Positions 38,856 through 50,709 of a stretch of 64,000 bases of DNA are shown here, one piece after another. The notes beneath the pieces are model-generated. The model had not been told where the DNA came from. It was given only the letters and a program-made list of their open reading frames with translations, and made no database searches. Origin of the DNA: Camelus ferus (Eukaryota). The number at the start of each line of letters is the position of its first letter. The stretch's first letter is position 1. A program made the position numbers and the translations under genes. The DNA lies in NCBI RefSeq assembly GCF_009834535.1, contig NC_045698.1:1986001-2050000 (forward strand). The letters are read 5' to 3'.

Positions 38856-39931
38856 CTCAATGACTACTTCGTTGATTTTTGAAACTTCCTGAAAGTAATT
38901 TTAGAAAAGACTTCCAGAGCTCTCCAGGATTCAGCAAGCTTCAAACTCATGTTCTTTCTCGGAAAAGCTGTACTGAGAGTTTAAAGCCAGCCGATGGGGT
39001 CTAGTCTGTTCTCAGCAGCACCTGGGGTTCCCTGCACCAGCCGGACGCCGGCACCGGGGAAGCCACCACCCAGGGGAGAGGGTTGCAGGAATCAACTCTG
39101 ATGAGATTACCTCCTGTTTTGCCGGCAAATACCTGCCTTTCGGGGACCCCGCAGAGGTCAGAAAATCTGCCTTTCCCATCAGATGCAGAAGACAAGGCTC
39201 CGAGGGAATGAGTCTCCCTGCCCGGGCTCTGGTCTCATCACGAGGATGAGGCTGGGAGCGCTGGGCGCTGGACCTGGACGAGAGGGCAGCGGCTTCAGGG
39301 GACCGGGACGTGGGACTCTGGGGACTGGCGATGATTCTCAAACTTGGCAAAGGGGCTGGCCTCTCGGGAGTTCCTGCAGGCCCTGCCACCGCCCCTCCCC
39401 TGCTCTCTGCCCACCCAGGGGGCAGGGTCCCCCAGCAGTGGGCCTGGCCTCTGTTTCAAAGCTGCTTTTCTGAACTTGACAGCAAACAGCAGCCCAGCGC
39501 CTCTTTAGCTCAGGTCCTACCTGACCTTGACCAACCTCTGGACCAACCACTGCTCCCAGTCCACGCCTCCTTCAGCCCGACTGCTGCCTCTACCCTGATG
39601 TCTGCTCGCCATGTGCCGACAGGCAGAGAAGGCCCTGGGAGATTCCTGGAAGGCTGTGCTGACCCACATGCTGGTTGACCGGATGTGCCGTCCCGTCAAG
39701 TGTATCCCGGAGGGAGGAGGGGCAGCCCCGCCCGCCCACCCCTCCACGGAAGCACAGCAGCCCTGAACAGCTGCCTCGTCCTTCCTCGGGGGTGGGTGGA
39801 GTTCCCAGTCCCTCCTGAGCGCAGCGCGGCCCCAGGGCCTGGCAGAGGCCCCGCTGAGCCTCCATCTGTTTGGAGCCAACGTGGAAGAGCTGTGACTCAT
39901 GCATCACACTCATTTTCCAGTATTTCCTGTC

Positions 39932-40052
39932 TTCCCAGTGACTGTGAGCTTCCTGCGGACAGGACTCCGGGGTCCCAGGGACTGCGAGCTCCCTGCGGAC
40001 AGGACTCCAGGTTCCCGTGGACTGTGAGCTTCCTGCGGACAGGACTCTGGGG
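39932..40052. repeat. 40-bp minisatellite, ~3 copies
   Basis: The unit actgtgagcttcctgcggacaggactccggggtcccaggg recurs at 39941, 39981 and 40021 with few mismatches and no spacers. Confidence 0.95.
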
Positions 40053-41799
40053 CTGGTTTTCTCCCTGCTGCTTCCCTAGGACGCTGTGTGCACATAGCAG
40101 CTGCTCAGTAAGTACTTGTTAAGTAAACACATTTCAAAATATGAATATATTTCTATATATTTTAAAGTAGCTGGTAGGCCCCTGCAGGGAAAGTAGGAGT
40201 TACGTGTGTATATGTCGTGTGTATCCGCAAGACACGTTTCTGTTACTTAAAGCACAGACCAGAGCTAAGGCGCGCAGCCCTTAAAGCACCTTGTTTTCAC
40301 ACCTGGGTGGACTAACATAGCTCACCCCTGCTGTTTTTACACCTGGATGGGACCCATTCACAGAGACACCCTGGGAACTGCTGGCCCAGCCGGGAGGATC
40401 AGGGGTGGGATTCAGGCGCGGAGTGCCGGCTCTCCAAATGTGATGCTAATTGGAGCCGGCTCTCCTCTCTGGGGGCTGCCCCAGGCCCCCAGCCCTCGCA
40501 CCCGCGGCCCACGGATGTCCGCGCCCTCACTGCGGGGGCTCTGGGGCTGCGCTTCTTGAGCGGTGACTTCAGAGCCGAGTGAGCAGTGCTGCCAGGACCT
40601 GTCCGTGAGCAGTGAGGTGCTGACATTTAATCAGGAAAGGTGGCACTGCCCTGGGGACAGCCTCATGAGGATGCAGGCTCTGTGCAGACCGCAGGGAGGG
40701 CCTCCATTCCAGAAAACTAGGGTACAGCTTCTGAAATGGGGTTTCTACTGGGGCACGCAATTTCTAGCGGCCAGACGGTGCCTCTCGGAGCGGCCACAGC
40801 TGCACTCTTCAGTGCATCAGGCGGACCCCTCCTGCCCCCCATCTCCCCGTCCAAATCGCCTTCTTCTTATGCTTGGATGAGAAAGGTTCCTAAACGGTTT
40901 CTCTGCTTTCACCAATACCCACTTCTTTTCTTTTCCAGATCAAGGGCAGAGGGGTAGTTCTAGAATGAGATTCTAAGCATTCCTTTCTCTTGCTTAAAAT
41001 TCTCCCACGGTCTCCATTGCTCTTGGAAAAAGCTAAAATGCTGACCGAGTTAAACTTCAGCTGGCCTCGGGCGACCTGTCTCTTTCTCAGCAATCTGGCC
41101 TCATCGCACATCAGTCTCCACGTTCTCTGAGAGCTCAGCCTCATGACCCCTTCCCCATCTGGTCTGCACGAAGGCAAGTCCCTCTGCCTCAGGGCCTTTG
41201 CACCTGCTTCCCCCTCTCCCTGGGATGACCCTTAAAACCCTCAGAAAGAAAGGGTTGCTTTCTCTCGCTCTGGATCTCAGTTTGATGATCAGGTCCTCGG
41301 GGAAGCGTCCTCAGCTCCCCGCCCAGGGGAGTCCTTCTTCCTCGGGAGCCTCACTGAGGGGCCGCACACAGCTGTGCTCCACTGGTTCCATTAGGTGCTG
41401 TTGTTTGCTCCCAGCCTGTCTGTCCTCATGTCTACTCTGCTGCCGGACCCCTTTCCCTGATGTCCTCAGATATTGTCAACCATCCTGTTGGGGGCAGAGT
41501 AGCCCTCGGTTGGGACCATGGATCCAGGAAGACACAAGAACCACTAGTTTGTCTCCATCACCTGTCTGACCATTTTGTAGGGTAAGAGAGTGGAGGATTT
41601 CTCTTCCTGGGGGATCTTAGACATAGCCGAACGTCTGCACGTGGCCCATCAACTGCCCTGAGCACAGAGCAGCAGTGACATACAGGACTTCTGACTTCTG
41701 TGTTGAGAGGGAAAGAGAATCCACCACCATGGGGGTTAAATGCAAAAGACAAAAAACCCTTTTGGCAGCTTTGTTGCTGCTAAAAGTTAAAATCTCTCA

Positions 41800-42018
41800 G
41801 AATCCTCTGGAAGCCGAACTTTTGTCACTTGGGGCTGGGTCATTCCTTGTCCTGAGGGCTACTCTGTGTCCTGGAGGACACTCAGCGGCACCCTTGGCCT
41901 CCACCCACTACATGTCAGTCCCACTCCCAGCCCCAGTTGTCACCACTCAAAATGTCTCCATCCAGGCATGGCCAAGTGTCCCCTGGGGGGTACAACCGCC
42001 CTGGGATGAGCACTCCTG
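41800..42018. mobile_element. MER20 (hAT-Charlie) DNA transposon
   Basis: 'ggcctccacccactacatgtcagt...ccccagttgtcaccactcaaaatgtctcca...gccaagtgtcccctgggggg' matches the MER20 consensus as I recall it. Confidence 0.85.
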
Positions 42019-43009
42019 CTGGGGAATTCCATCACAACAGCCCCGTCGGGATATCAAGCCTGACCCTCTCCCACCTGCAGGGACACTGGCACACAGCGCA
42101 CCCCCGCCACATGCTTCTGAAATGTCCTGTGGACTGGCTGCCTGCCCTCTGAGTGTCCGGGATTACACCTCGTATGTTTTCCTTGCTGGTGTATCTGAAT
42201 GCTTCGAAATTTACACAGCTTGGAAGCTCATATCCTGAAGGCGCCGTAAATCCTTCCCCGCTTCACGGGATTGCTGAATCTGTAAGGACCATTATTTCCC
42301 CGTCAATGCGATGGTCCAGGAACTTTCCCAGCCACTCTGTCATGGCTGTCTCCCCTCTATCCACAGTGACGTTTTGAACGTTGGGAATAGCACACCGGTT
42401 TGGGAAGGAAGGCATTTAAGGAGATAAACCTCTAAAATAACAAAGGAGAGGACGTGGACGAGAGATGTGGGGCGGCGCCCGGCCGGCCCGACGTGGAACC
42501 CCTGTCAGGGCTGGTTGATAAATGGGGCTCCGGGGCCCCACTGTTTGTTCAGGGCTCCTGCTCTGCTCCAACTGCGCACAAAACCCACATTGAAGCGTCT
42601 GCCTTGGAAAATAACACGGCCCGGCGGCGATGGGCCCTCGGGGCCCAGGCCAGACGGGGGGCAGGGCCGCGGAAGGCTCTCCAAGACGTGAAGCAGGGCC
42701 TGGCCTCTTCCCATCCCGTCCACACCGCCCGGCCCAGCTCCCCTAGTCTGCACCTTGGTCCTCTCTCCTCCCCAATCCCGGAGAGGGTGGCCCATCACTC
42801 CCCCAGGACAAACCTCAGTGGCCAGTTCACTTCTGCCACCTGCTGGTGACGGACACCGGAGCTCTGCATTCCCCAGTCCAGGGTAACCGTGACCTCTCAG
42901 GACACCTGGGGGAGGCTGACCTTGCACAGGGCCGGTCTTCAGGCCTCCAGGGCCATGCCAGCCACCGCAGCCTCAGACTCTCTGCCAATGGCCTTGCTGC
43001 AGAAAAGTG

Positions 43010-43449
43010 TGTTACAGCTCAGTGGTGACAGCAACCTGGATCCGGGCGAGAGACCAGGCAGCACTCAGAGAGTCGGAGAACTCAGGTTTACTACGCCAGC
43101 GGGCCCAAAGGAGTTAACACCCCAGGCTCTGCACCCAGGCTGTAGGTTTACACAGGCTTTTATAGGCTGCCAGTTTATACTTTGCAACATCATATGCAAA
43201 TGAGGTACAACAAAAATTGACTAATTAGGGACAAGCTTTGTAGAAATGGACCAATCAGGAGTGAAGGAAATAACCAATCAGGAGTGAGCTCAGGGAACCA
43301 ATAGAACTTTAGGGGTAAGTAAGCCGTTTCAGAGGCAAAAAGTGAGCTAGAGCCTCTGGGCCCGGGAACCGGGTGGGGCTGGCAGGAGAGCAGCGGCCCT
43401 GCCTGGGGGTCCTGCCGGTGTTTTTTGGGGGCTCCCCGCCTCAGCCTCA
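43010..43449 (-). mobile_element. Solo ERV LTR (440 bp), complete
   Basis: TG...CA termini and 5-bp TSD aagtg (43005-43009, 43450-43454). On the minus strand it has TATAAAA (43158-43164) followed by an AGTAAA poly(A)-signal variant (43087-43092). It also has three CCAAT boxes and the octamer ATGCAAAT (43194-43201). Confidence 0.9.
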
Positions 43450-43703
43450 AAGTGCCCTTTCTACTCCTAAGGATGGAGGACACTTCAGATGCCACCGGAA
43501 GCACTAAATTAATTTATTTTATGTTCTAACTTAGACCAAGGCAACTAGGAAAATCAATATTAAGCTACTGCATGAAACACCAACCCAAGGACTTAAGATT
43601 TCTGTGGATAAACAACACATAAAGACCATCATGGACTTGAGCAAGTTCTTCCCTACAAGCATCCTGTGTTTGCGTTGTGACTGGTTTACAGTATGGTTTT
43701 CGG

Positions 43704-43833
43704 TTTTGTTTTTTTGGGGGCGGTCATTAGGTCTATTTATTATTATTATTATTTTTTAATAAGGTACTGGGGATCAAACCCAGGACCTTGTGTGTGCTAA
43801 GCACGTGCTCCAGCACTGAGCTATGCCCTCCCC
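43704..43833 (-). mobile_element. tRNA-derived SINE (camelid vic-1-like)
   Basis: Minus strand reads gggagggcatagctcagtg...ggtcctgggtttgatccccagtacc, then an AAT-rich linker, 'acctaatgaccgccccc' and an A tail. Pol III A and B boxes present. Confidence 0.85.
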
Positions 43834-43947
43834 TCCGGGTGGTGACTGGATTATGTGAATGTACCAGGGGTCGATTCCCCACCACTTTCAACATCTTTTC
43901 CTCCTCTCATGACGTTTTAAAAATGACCTTGACGTTAGAATTATCAG

Positions 43948-44112
43948 CATTATTTTTAATTGTGGTGAAATGCACATAACAAATTTACTGTTTTGCCTGC
44001 GTTTCCGTGTACAGATCAGTGGTATCCGGTACATTCACACGGGTGGGGGGTCACCGCCCTCTCCGTCTCCAGAGCTCACCGTCCCTTGCACAGCTAAGCT
44101 CTCTCCCCATTG
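43948..44112 (-). mobile_element. LINE-1 (L1MA/MB-like) 3' terminal fragment
   Basis: 'tttttaattgtggtgaaatgcacataacaaatttac...gtgtacagatcagtgg...gtacattcac' is an antisense L1M 3' end. Confidence 0.75.
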
Positions 44113-44119
44113 TTGAGAT

Positions 44120-44630
44120 TGTCTATTTTTTTTTCCCATTTGTTTCAAAAGTATTTTTAATTGTTGAAGCAGTGCTATAAAGATTGCTCTAAAATCTTTG
44201 CCAGGTAATTCTCTGAGGCTCTGAACTTTGCTGGCACAGGTGGGGACAGGGCCGCAGATTTCTCCCTGTTGTGATTGTCTGGATTCAGCGATTATTGTCT
44301 AAACATTTTCTCTCCTGCTAGGATGTTCCTTTCCTGGCTCTTTGGCCGGAGAGAGCAGGCTTCTGCTGGGGACTTTGCTGTCTGCACCACTGGCATTTCC
44401 ATCACCTGCTCCTCTATCCCTACGTCTGGGAGGTACGAGAAAGAAAGAAACCCAGGGAGCCACTTCATGTCTGTCCGGGGGCCCCAGGGCTCAGGCTGGA
44501 TCACAGTCCTCTCTCTCGTCCCCCAGAGCCTTCTTGTTAGCATTGTATGTGATGCCCAGGGTTTTCAGTTGTGTTTAGTGGGAGGGATAGGAGTAAGTAT
44601 ATCTGTTTCGTGTTTCTGGAAGCAGAAAAG
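44120..44630 (-). mobile_element. Old LINE-1 5'-region fragment (L1MC/MD-like)
   Basis: 'ccagggttttcagttgtgtttagtgggagggatagg...tctggaagcagaa' and 'gctctaaaatctttg' resemble antisense L1M 5' consensus. Confidence 0.5.
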
Positions 44631-44689
44631 ACATTTTATTTTTTAAATTTCATAATGTCCATTTTTCCTTAGACTTTCACACACTGTCT

Positions 44690-44960
44690 GCAGGTTCACC
44701 AGTTGTCTACGTTTTGCCTCATTCGCTTTACTGTCTCGCTATACGCATACATGCGTTTCTCTTCCTGAACTATTTGAAAGTAAGTTCAAGATATTGTGGC
44801 CTTCTACTCACAAATACCTCGATGTCTATTTCCTATTTTCTTCTACAACCACAGGATCATTTTCAAAAGCAGGAAATTTAACATTGTTGCCACGCTAGAA
44901 TTGAATCCTAATTCATGTTAAAATTTCACTAATTGTCTCAATTATGTCCTTTATAGCTTC
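44690..44960 (-). mobile_element. L1MC4/5-like 3' fragment
   Basis: 'ctgaactatttgaaagtaagtt...caggaaatttaacattg...aattgtctcaattatgtcctttatagc' matches the L1MC 3' end as I recall it. Confidence 0.75.
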
Positions 44961-45519
44961 TAAATTTTTATTTTATTATATTTTTTTAAAGAACAAAATA
45001 TTCTTGAGAGTGAAAGGGTGCACTAGTGACAACAGGCATAAGCAAGCATCATCAGGGCAAACTCATCATGTAGTGTCACCCTGATTCAGGTCCCAGGAGG
45101 GAGCTGGTCTTAGCTAGGAGGAGAGAGCCCATCACAGGACCAGGAGGAAGGCTGGAGAATGAGACACAGATGCTTAGAGGCTGGAGGGTTTGGTGGTGGG
45201 AGGGCACGGTCTCTCTCTTCTGCCTGCTCAGATTTTCTTAGAGACACAGAAGAGAGGTGATCAGTGGAGAGAGGGAGCAAGTGAGGAGGTGGGAGGAGGC
45301 AGAGAAGACCTGTCCAGAAGGTGGGAGGCTTCCATACCATGCCTGCTTGTCAGTGTCTGGCTGGTATCGGAACTCTATCTCTTCTTTCTGAAACTATTAT
45401 GTATTTTTGAGTTTCCACTAATCAACTGATCTTGCCAAATCACAGATCCAGCTATCAAACTGAATTTGTCTTAGGTTCTAAAAACTCTTCTCCCACTATT
45501 TGTACTTTTCTTTTGACAC

Positions 45520-46010
45520 ATCATCATTTATTTTTGCAGCGAATGATCACTGAGTGCCTGGTCTGTGTCTGGCACTGGGAGCGCACCTGTCAGCAGAGCT
45601 GACCGCAGCCCCTGCCCTCCCAAGTTAATATTCAGGAAGAGGAGACAGGCCACAAACAAGAAACAAACTAGTAAGCTATGTAAAAGTAAAAACAGAGCAA
45701 ATACTTTGGAGAAAAATAAAGCTGTATTGAGGTGGGTGAGGAGGGTGGGGGCACCTGACTGCAGTTTTAACCGGACCAGGCAGGGCAGAGCTTCCAGACA
45801 AGATGGCATGTGAGAGCAAGGATGAAGCAGGAGAGAAATAAGCCGCACGCCCGGCTGAGGGAACAGCCGGTGCAGAGACCCTGAGGTGGGCATGTGCCTG
45901 GCATTTTCAGGAAACTATGGACCCAAAGTGGCTGGCGTGGAGGGGAGCAGGAAGGGAACAGGGGTGAGGAGGGGAGGGAGGAGGTGGGGCTGGCGGGCCA
46001 CCCTGAGGCC
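45520..46010 (-). mobile_element. LINE-2 3' fragment
   Basis: 'actgagtgcctggtctgtgtctggcactgg...cccctgccctc...gagggaacagccggtgcagagaccctgaggtggg' is an antisense L2 3' end. Confidence 0.8.
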
Positions 46011-46441
46011 TGGCATTCACTCTGGCTTCCTCGTCAGTGAGCACGCTTGGAAACAGACCCGCAGGACCCGGGCGAGCGGAGGCGGCCGGCGGGCACGTGC
46101 GCCGTCTCAAGTTCATGAAAAAGTCATTAGCCGGCCGCCCCTCTTCTGTCTCTGTCGCTGGAATCATGTCATAAATATTGTCACTCGTCCAGCAGGGGAT
46201 CAATCCATCCAGGTGGCCCCCTCTTCCTGTCTCGGGCCAGATGTTTCTGTTATTTATGTCAAGAAAATGACATTTACGTGACGGCCTCTGGTTGTTTACA
46301 GAAGTCGAGCTTCTCTGGCAGAGCTCGGTGTGTGTGCTCAGCCCAGAGATTATGCACGAGCCGGGGCGGTGTTTTCTTTTTTAAATCGAAATCCGTCATC
46401 ATTATTATTATTATTAGCAGTAGCAGTAGTAGCAGCTGTAT

Positions 46442-47218
46442 TATAACAGAAGTATAGTTGAAGCTGTGTTAGTTTCTGGAGTACAGCATAGTGTTCAGTT
46501 ATACACATATATATATATATATTCCTTTTCATATTTTCATGTTCTTTTTCATTATAAGTTATTACCTGATGCAGAATATAGTTCCCTGTGCTCTGCAGTG
46601 TAAACTTATTGTTTGCCTATTTTATATATAGCAGTTAATATCTGCAAATCTCAAACCCCCAACTTATCCCTTCCTACCTCCTTCCCCCGCTGGTAACCAT
46701 AAGTTTGTTTTCTGTGTCAGAGTCTGTTTCTGTTTTGTAAATAAGTTAATTTGTCTAATTTTTTTTTTTAGACTCCACATAGGAGTGATTTCATATGGTA
46801 TTTTTATTTCTCTTTCTCGCTTACTTCACTGAGAATAACCATCTCCAGGTCCATCCATGTTGCAGCAAATGGCATTGTTTTATTCTTCTTTATGGCTGAG
46901 TAGTATTCCATTGTATAAATATACCACATCTTCTTTATCCAATCATCTGTTGATAGACATTTAGGTTGCTTCCATGTCCTGGCTGTTGCAAATAGTGCTG
47001 TGGATATTGGGGTGCATGTATCTTTTCAGATTAGTTCCCTCCAGATACATGCCCAAGAGTGGGACTGCTGGATCATAGGGTAAGTCTATTTTTTGTTTTT
47101 TGAGGACTTGTCATACTGTTTTCCATAATGACTGCACCAAACTTCATTCCCTCCAGCAGTGTAGGAGGGTTCCCTTTTCTCTACACCCTCTCTAGCACTT
47201 ACTGTTTGTGGACTTTTA
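46442..47218 (-). mobile_element. 5'-truncated LINE-1 (ORF2 C-terminus plus 3' UTR)
   Basis: Antisense 'tccatccatgttgcagcaaatggc...ttatggctgagtagtattccattg...gctggatcatagggtaagtctatttt'. Colinear with the copy at 3461-4286. Confidence 0.95.
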
Positions 47219-47811
47219 TAATCGAAAACCAATTCTTGATATCCTAATCTAATTCAAAACTCTTAGATTAACAATCACAATGCATCTTATTTCCAAGTTT
47301 GATGCCATGTGTCCTTCCCACTTTGTGTGAGTGTATCTGCATAAAATGGGGCCGAAATGCGAGTTTGCTCCAGAAGATAAGAACCATGGACCAGTCGAGC
47401 CCACTGATCTCAGCTGGAAGAGGAACCACTGACCAGAAGGATCTCTCCTGATTGTTAGTGCGCGCTGCCAGCTGCCAAGCCCCCAGCAGGGGGACAGACA
47501 GAACACGGAGCCACAGGAGAAGGTGCTGCATCTTTGAACAGAGAGCCCCCCGGGTCATATTCCAGGGCTCCTCGAAGCCCCCTCCAGGAGGTCCTCACCC
47601 TGTGGGCTGTCAGCAGGAGACCGCAGCGGGGCAGGGGCGGGGCTGCGGCCCCCCCTCCCCGGCCGAGGCCCTGCAGCTGCTCAGGCGGTGCCGCCTCTCA
47701 GGAGTGGTTGCTCCATCAGGTGTGGACGACCCAGTGGGAACGTGGGCAGGAGACTCAGACAGACGTCTTCCCAGTGAAGACGTACGAGTGGACACCCAGC
47801 GCTTGGAAAGA

Positions 47812-48006
47812 CACACACCGCTATACATAAAATAGAAAAACAACGAGGTCCTGCTGTAAAGCACAGGGAACTGTATTCAACATCTCGTAATAGCCTAGAA
47901 TGAAAAAGAACATGAAAAATGGTGTATGTATGTATGTGTATGATTGAAGCATTGTGCTGCACACCAGAAACTGACACATTATAAACTGACTGTACTTCAA
48001 TACAAA
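47812..48006 (+). mobile_element. LINE-1 3' UTR tail fragment
   Basis: 'aaaatagaaaaacaacgaggtcctgctgtaaagcacagggaac...caccagaaactgacacattataaactgactgtacttcaat'. Confidence 0.9.
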
Positions 48007-50255
48007 TGATTATTTTTCAATTATAGAGCATCACACAAGACGAAGATTTCACGTGCTTCTATATTAAAGATGTTCAAACCACACATGCACCCATTCACCA
48101 GCGTTCTTCATCTTTCCTGGTCGTCACCCGCCATCCCTTGCTGACTTACCATGATGCCTTATTTCATTTGGTAGCTCAGAAATTACTTTGATCTCTTTGA
48201 AATAAAATAACTTAATCCTTAAGCATCAGCTCTGTCTGTGATTTCTCTGCATGACAATGGTGGCGCGCTTAGGAAATCTATGATATAAAATGGGAGAGAG
48301 TAACCATCTAATTTTTTTTAAAAAACTGAGCTTCAGAAGCTTATATAATTTTCGTTAGTGGTATTTATCTTAGTTTGACAATGTGGTGCAGCTTCAACTT
48401 AGTATCTACGGCAAGTTGGACCGAAATTGAATATAGATCAGGTCTTGAGCTTGCCAGCAGAACAAATCGGTCTGATTATGTGGGATTACATGGTGCATGA
48501 ATTTTTAAATTAAATAGTTTCTTGCCCTATTAAATAATGTCAACAGTATTGTTGTGCTGAGTTATTTTCATATCTTGTCTTCTTTCATATACAAGTATTT
48601 TTTTCTTTTATTAACCAACGTTCCTTCATTTAGATATGGTGACATTCAGGACGTCACTTCTCTCTCTGGAGAGTCTATTCATGTCAAGTAAAGTTTCAGA
48701 GTTAATTTAATTTTTTTTCTTTTCTTATATTTCATGACATACTAAATTATCTTTGGGTTTTTTCTTCCATAATTCTGGAATTAAATTCTGGAATTCTCGT
48801 TGGTTTGGTTAGAATGTCAACTTGTGTCCTTTCACTGGAGCAAATCCGTGCACTTTCTTCTTTGAGGTTCCTGTTAATATTTACTGACTGTTTTTGTCTG
48901 TTGTCCAGTTATTCAAATCCCCTCCTGTTTGCTGCCGGTGTTCCCAGGCCCCACATCCATTCAGGAATCCGAGATTCTGAAAGGGACAGCGAGCTCCTGG
49001 CCGGGAAGGAGCCACTGGTGGGAGGCGTCCACCCCGAGCACCCAGGCTCCTGCCCCCGCCCTGTGCAGCCACAGGCAGCTTCAAACACCAAAACACATCG
49101 TCTTGAGCCCCAGCCTGTGAGCTGTTGTTTTAATACTTTCTCCAAGGAAACCGAGTTAGGCAAAACTACATGTGCTTTGGCTTAAGTAGCCAGAGGACAC
49201 GAGTCAGCAATGGCCACAGGCAGCCTCCTCTGTCGCTGATAAATGTCTTTATCGTTGTCTATCCTTGCCTGCACTCTCCTGTTTGTGAGCACACTTAAGT
49301 AATAATTACTTCTGTTCACTTATTTTCTTCTCAGAATTGGACTATGCCACCACAAACCCTCAGGGCTGGGGTGGCACTGCGGTCCCTGTGGGTCCTTGGG
49401 GCACTGGGTGAAGATGCTTCCTGGGGCTGCATGGGGCGCCCCTCTGCGTCCTCTCGTGGTCCAGCAGGTGCGCCCCCGGAGGAGCAGGGTGGGGCCGAAG
49501 CCAGCCGAGACGTCCTGCAGGCCCTGGGGTGGCCGTTGGCAGCCAGGCGCAGTTCTGCCTCCCACGGGGTCTTGGACCCGCCTGCACGTCAGGCAGAGGG
49601 AACCACGGGTGCTCAGAGGGCTGGAGAGTGTCACAGTGTCGCTGGCCCAGAGTGGACACCAGCCATTGCCCAGCTCCCTCCCCCACCACCTTTACCTTTT
49701 CACCTGGGTCTTCAGGACCAAACGTCACCTTGCTGATAAGAATGCCCCTGTCCCTGTTGCCCCCTCTGTACCCACGTCTCGATTTCCTGGGGTGGTAACA
49801 GCATGACAGTGACAGCAAGATGAGCAGAGCTGTGCCCGCGTGCCCTGCGCCCCCTGCGCACCACGGCACGTCAGTCATGGTGGGCTCCCTCGCACCCGCA
49901 GCCCGAGCTCACCCCGCGAGCTCACAGTGATGCCACCGGGGGTCCACAGGGCGCCCGTCCTCAGGGCCAGGCCTCCTGTTTCTGCTTCGTCTCTTCCTGT
50001 GCCGTTTCAGTGCTTCAACACGGGGGTCACACACAGGATGTGTGTGGGACGGAGCGGCTTCAGGGAAGAGCAGATTCCAGAATTTCTATGTAGACGTGGC
50101 TTAGTGATCACAACTGGCTTACAAGAGTTTTGGGGGAGCTAGCAACAGAACTGTTTTTAGACTAGTTAGCCCACTCCTTTTCAGGAGGTTGCCTCCCTGT
50201 TTGGGTTGGCTCGGAGAAAAGACTGCAGAGACAGGGCAGTGCAACTTAGAAATTA

Positions 50256-50276
50256 TGTGTGTGTGTGTGTGTGTGT
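50256..50276 (+). repeat. (TG)n microsatellite
   Basis: About 10 TG units. Confidence 0.9.
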
Positions 50277-50343
50277 TTAGTTGGAGTGAATACAAATATA
50301 GTTAACTATGCTTATACACAAACGCTTTTTTTGAAATGTTGGC

Positions 50344-50433
50344 TTTTTATCGATTTATTGGAGGTGCTGGGGATTGGACCCAGGACTCTGTGAGCGCTAA
50401 GCGTGCACTCTACCCCTGAGCTACACCCTCCCC
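50344..50433 (-). mobile_element. tRNA-derived SINE (vic-1-like), short copy
   Basis: Minus strand reads ggggagggtgtagctcaggggtagagtgcacgcttagcg...gtcctgggtccaatccccagcacctcc. Homologous to 43704-43833. Confidence 0.85.
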
Positions 50434-50709
50434 TGTGCACAGATATTTTTCAAAACAGGCACATGAAAGATACACTGAAATGTGTATGTCATCCAAAGTT
50501 GCTTTTTCTTGGGGTGGGGAGGGGATCAAATGACTTGTCATCAGTGAAAAGATGGATGAGGAAGTCTCTCGGGAAGGCAAGAAGGGTGTACGATTTCCTT
50601 TCTGCTCCGCCAGCAACACCGAGCCCCGGCGAGGCAGCCTGGGTCACCGCCCCCCCCCACCAGGGTTTCTGCCTCCCTTCCTCTCCCCATCGTCCATCCT
50701 GCCCACGAT

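Noticed and set aside
39932..40052. 40-bp repeats as a CRISPR array
   Set aside because: The units are head-to-tail with no unique spacers, there are no cas genes, and the context is mammalian.
38053..43304. Shared octamer plus CCAAT motifs between the palindrome and the solo LTR, suggesting common origin
   Set aside because: No alignable similarity beyond the short motifs (atatgcaaat).
43762..43833. tRNA gene (also 50360-50433)
   Set aside because: The tRNA-like heads are diverged and followed by SINE body or A-rich tails, so these are SINEs.
45040..45440. Possible ERVL-type LTR fragment
   Set aside because: Only vague resemblance, and no termini or TSD could be defined.
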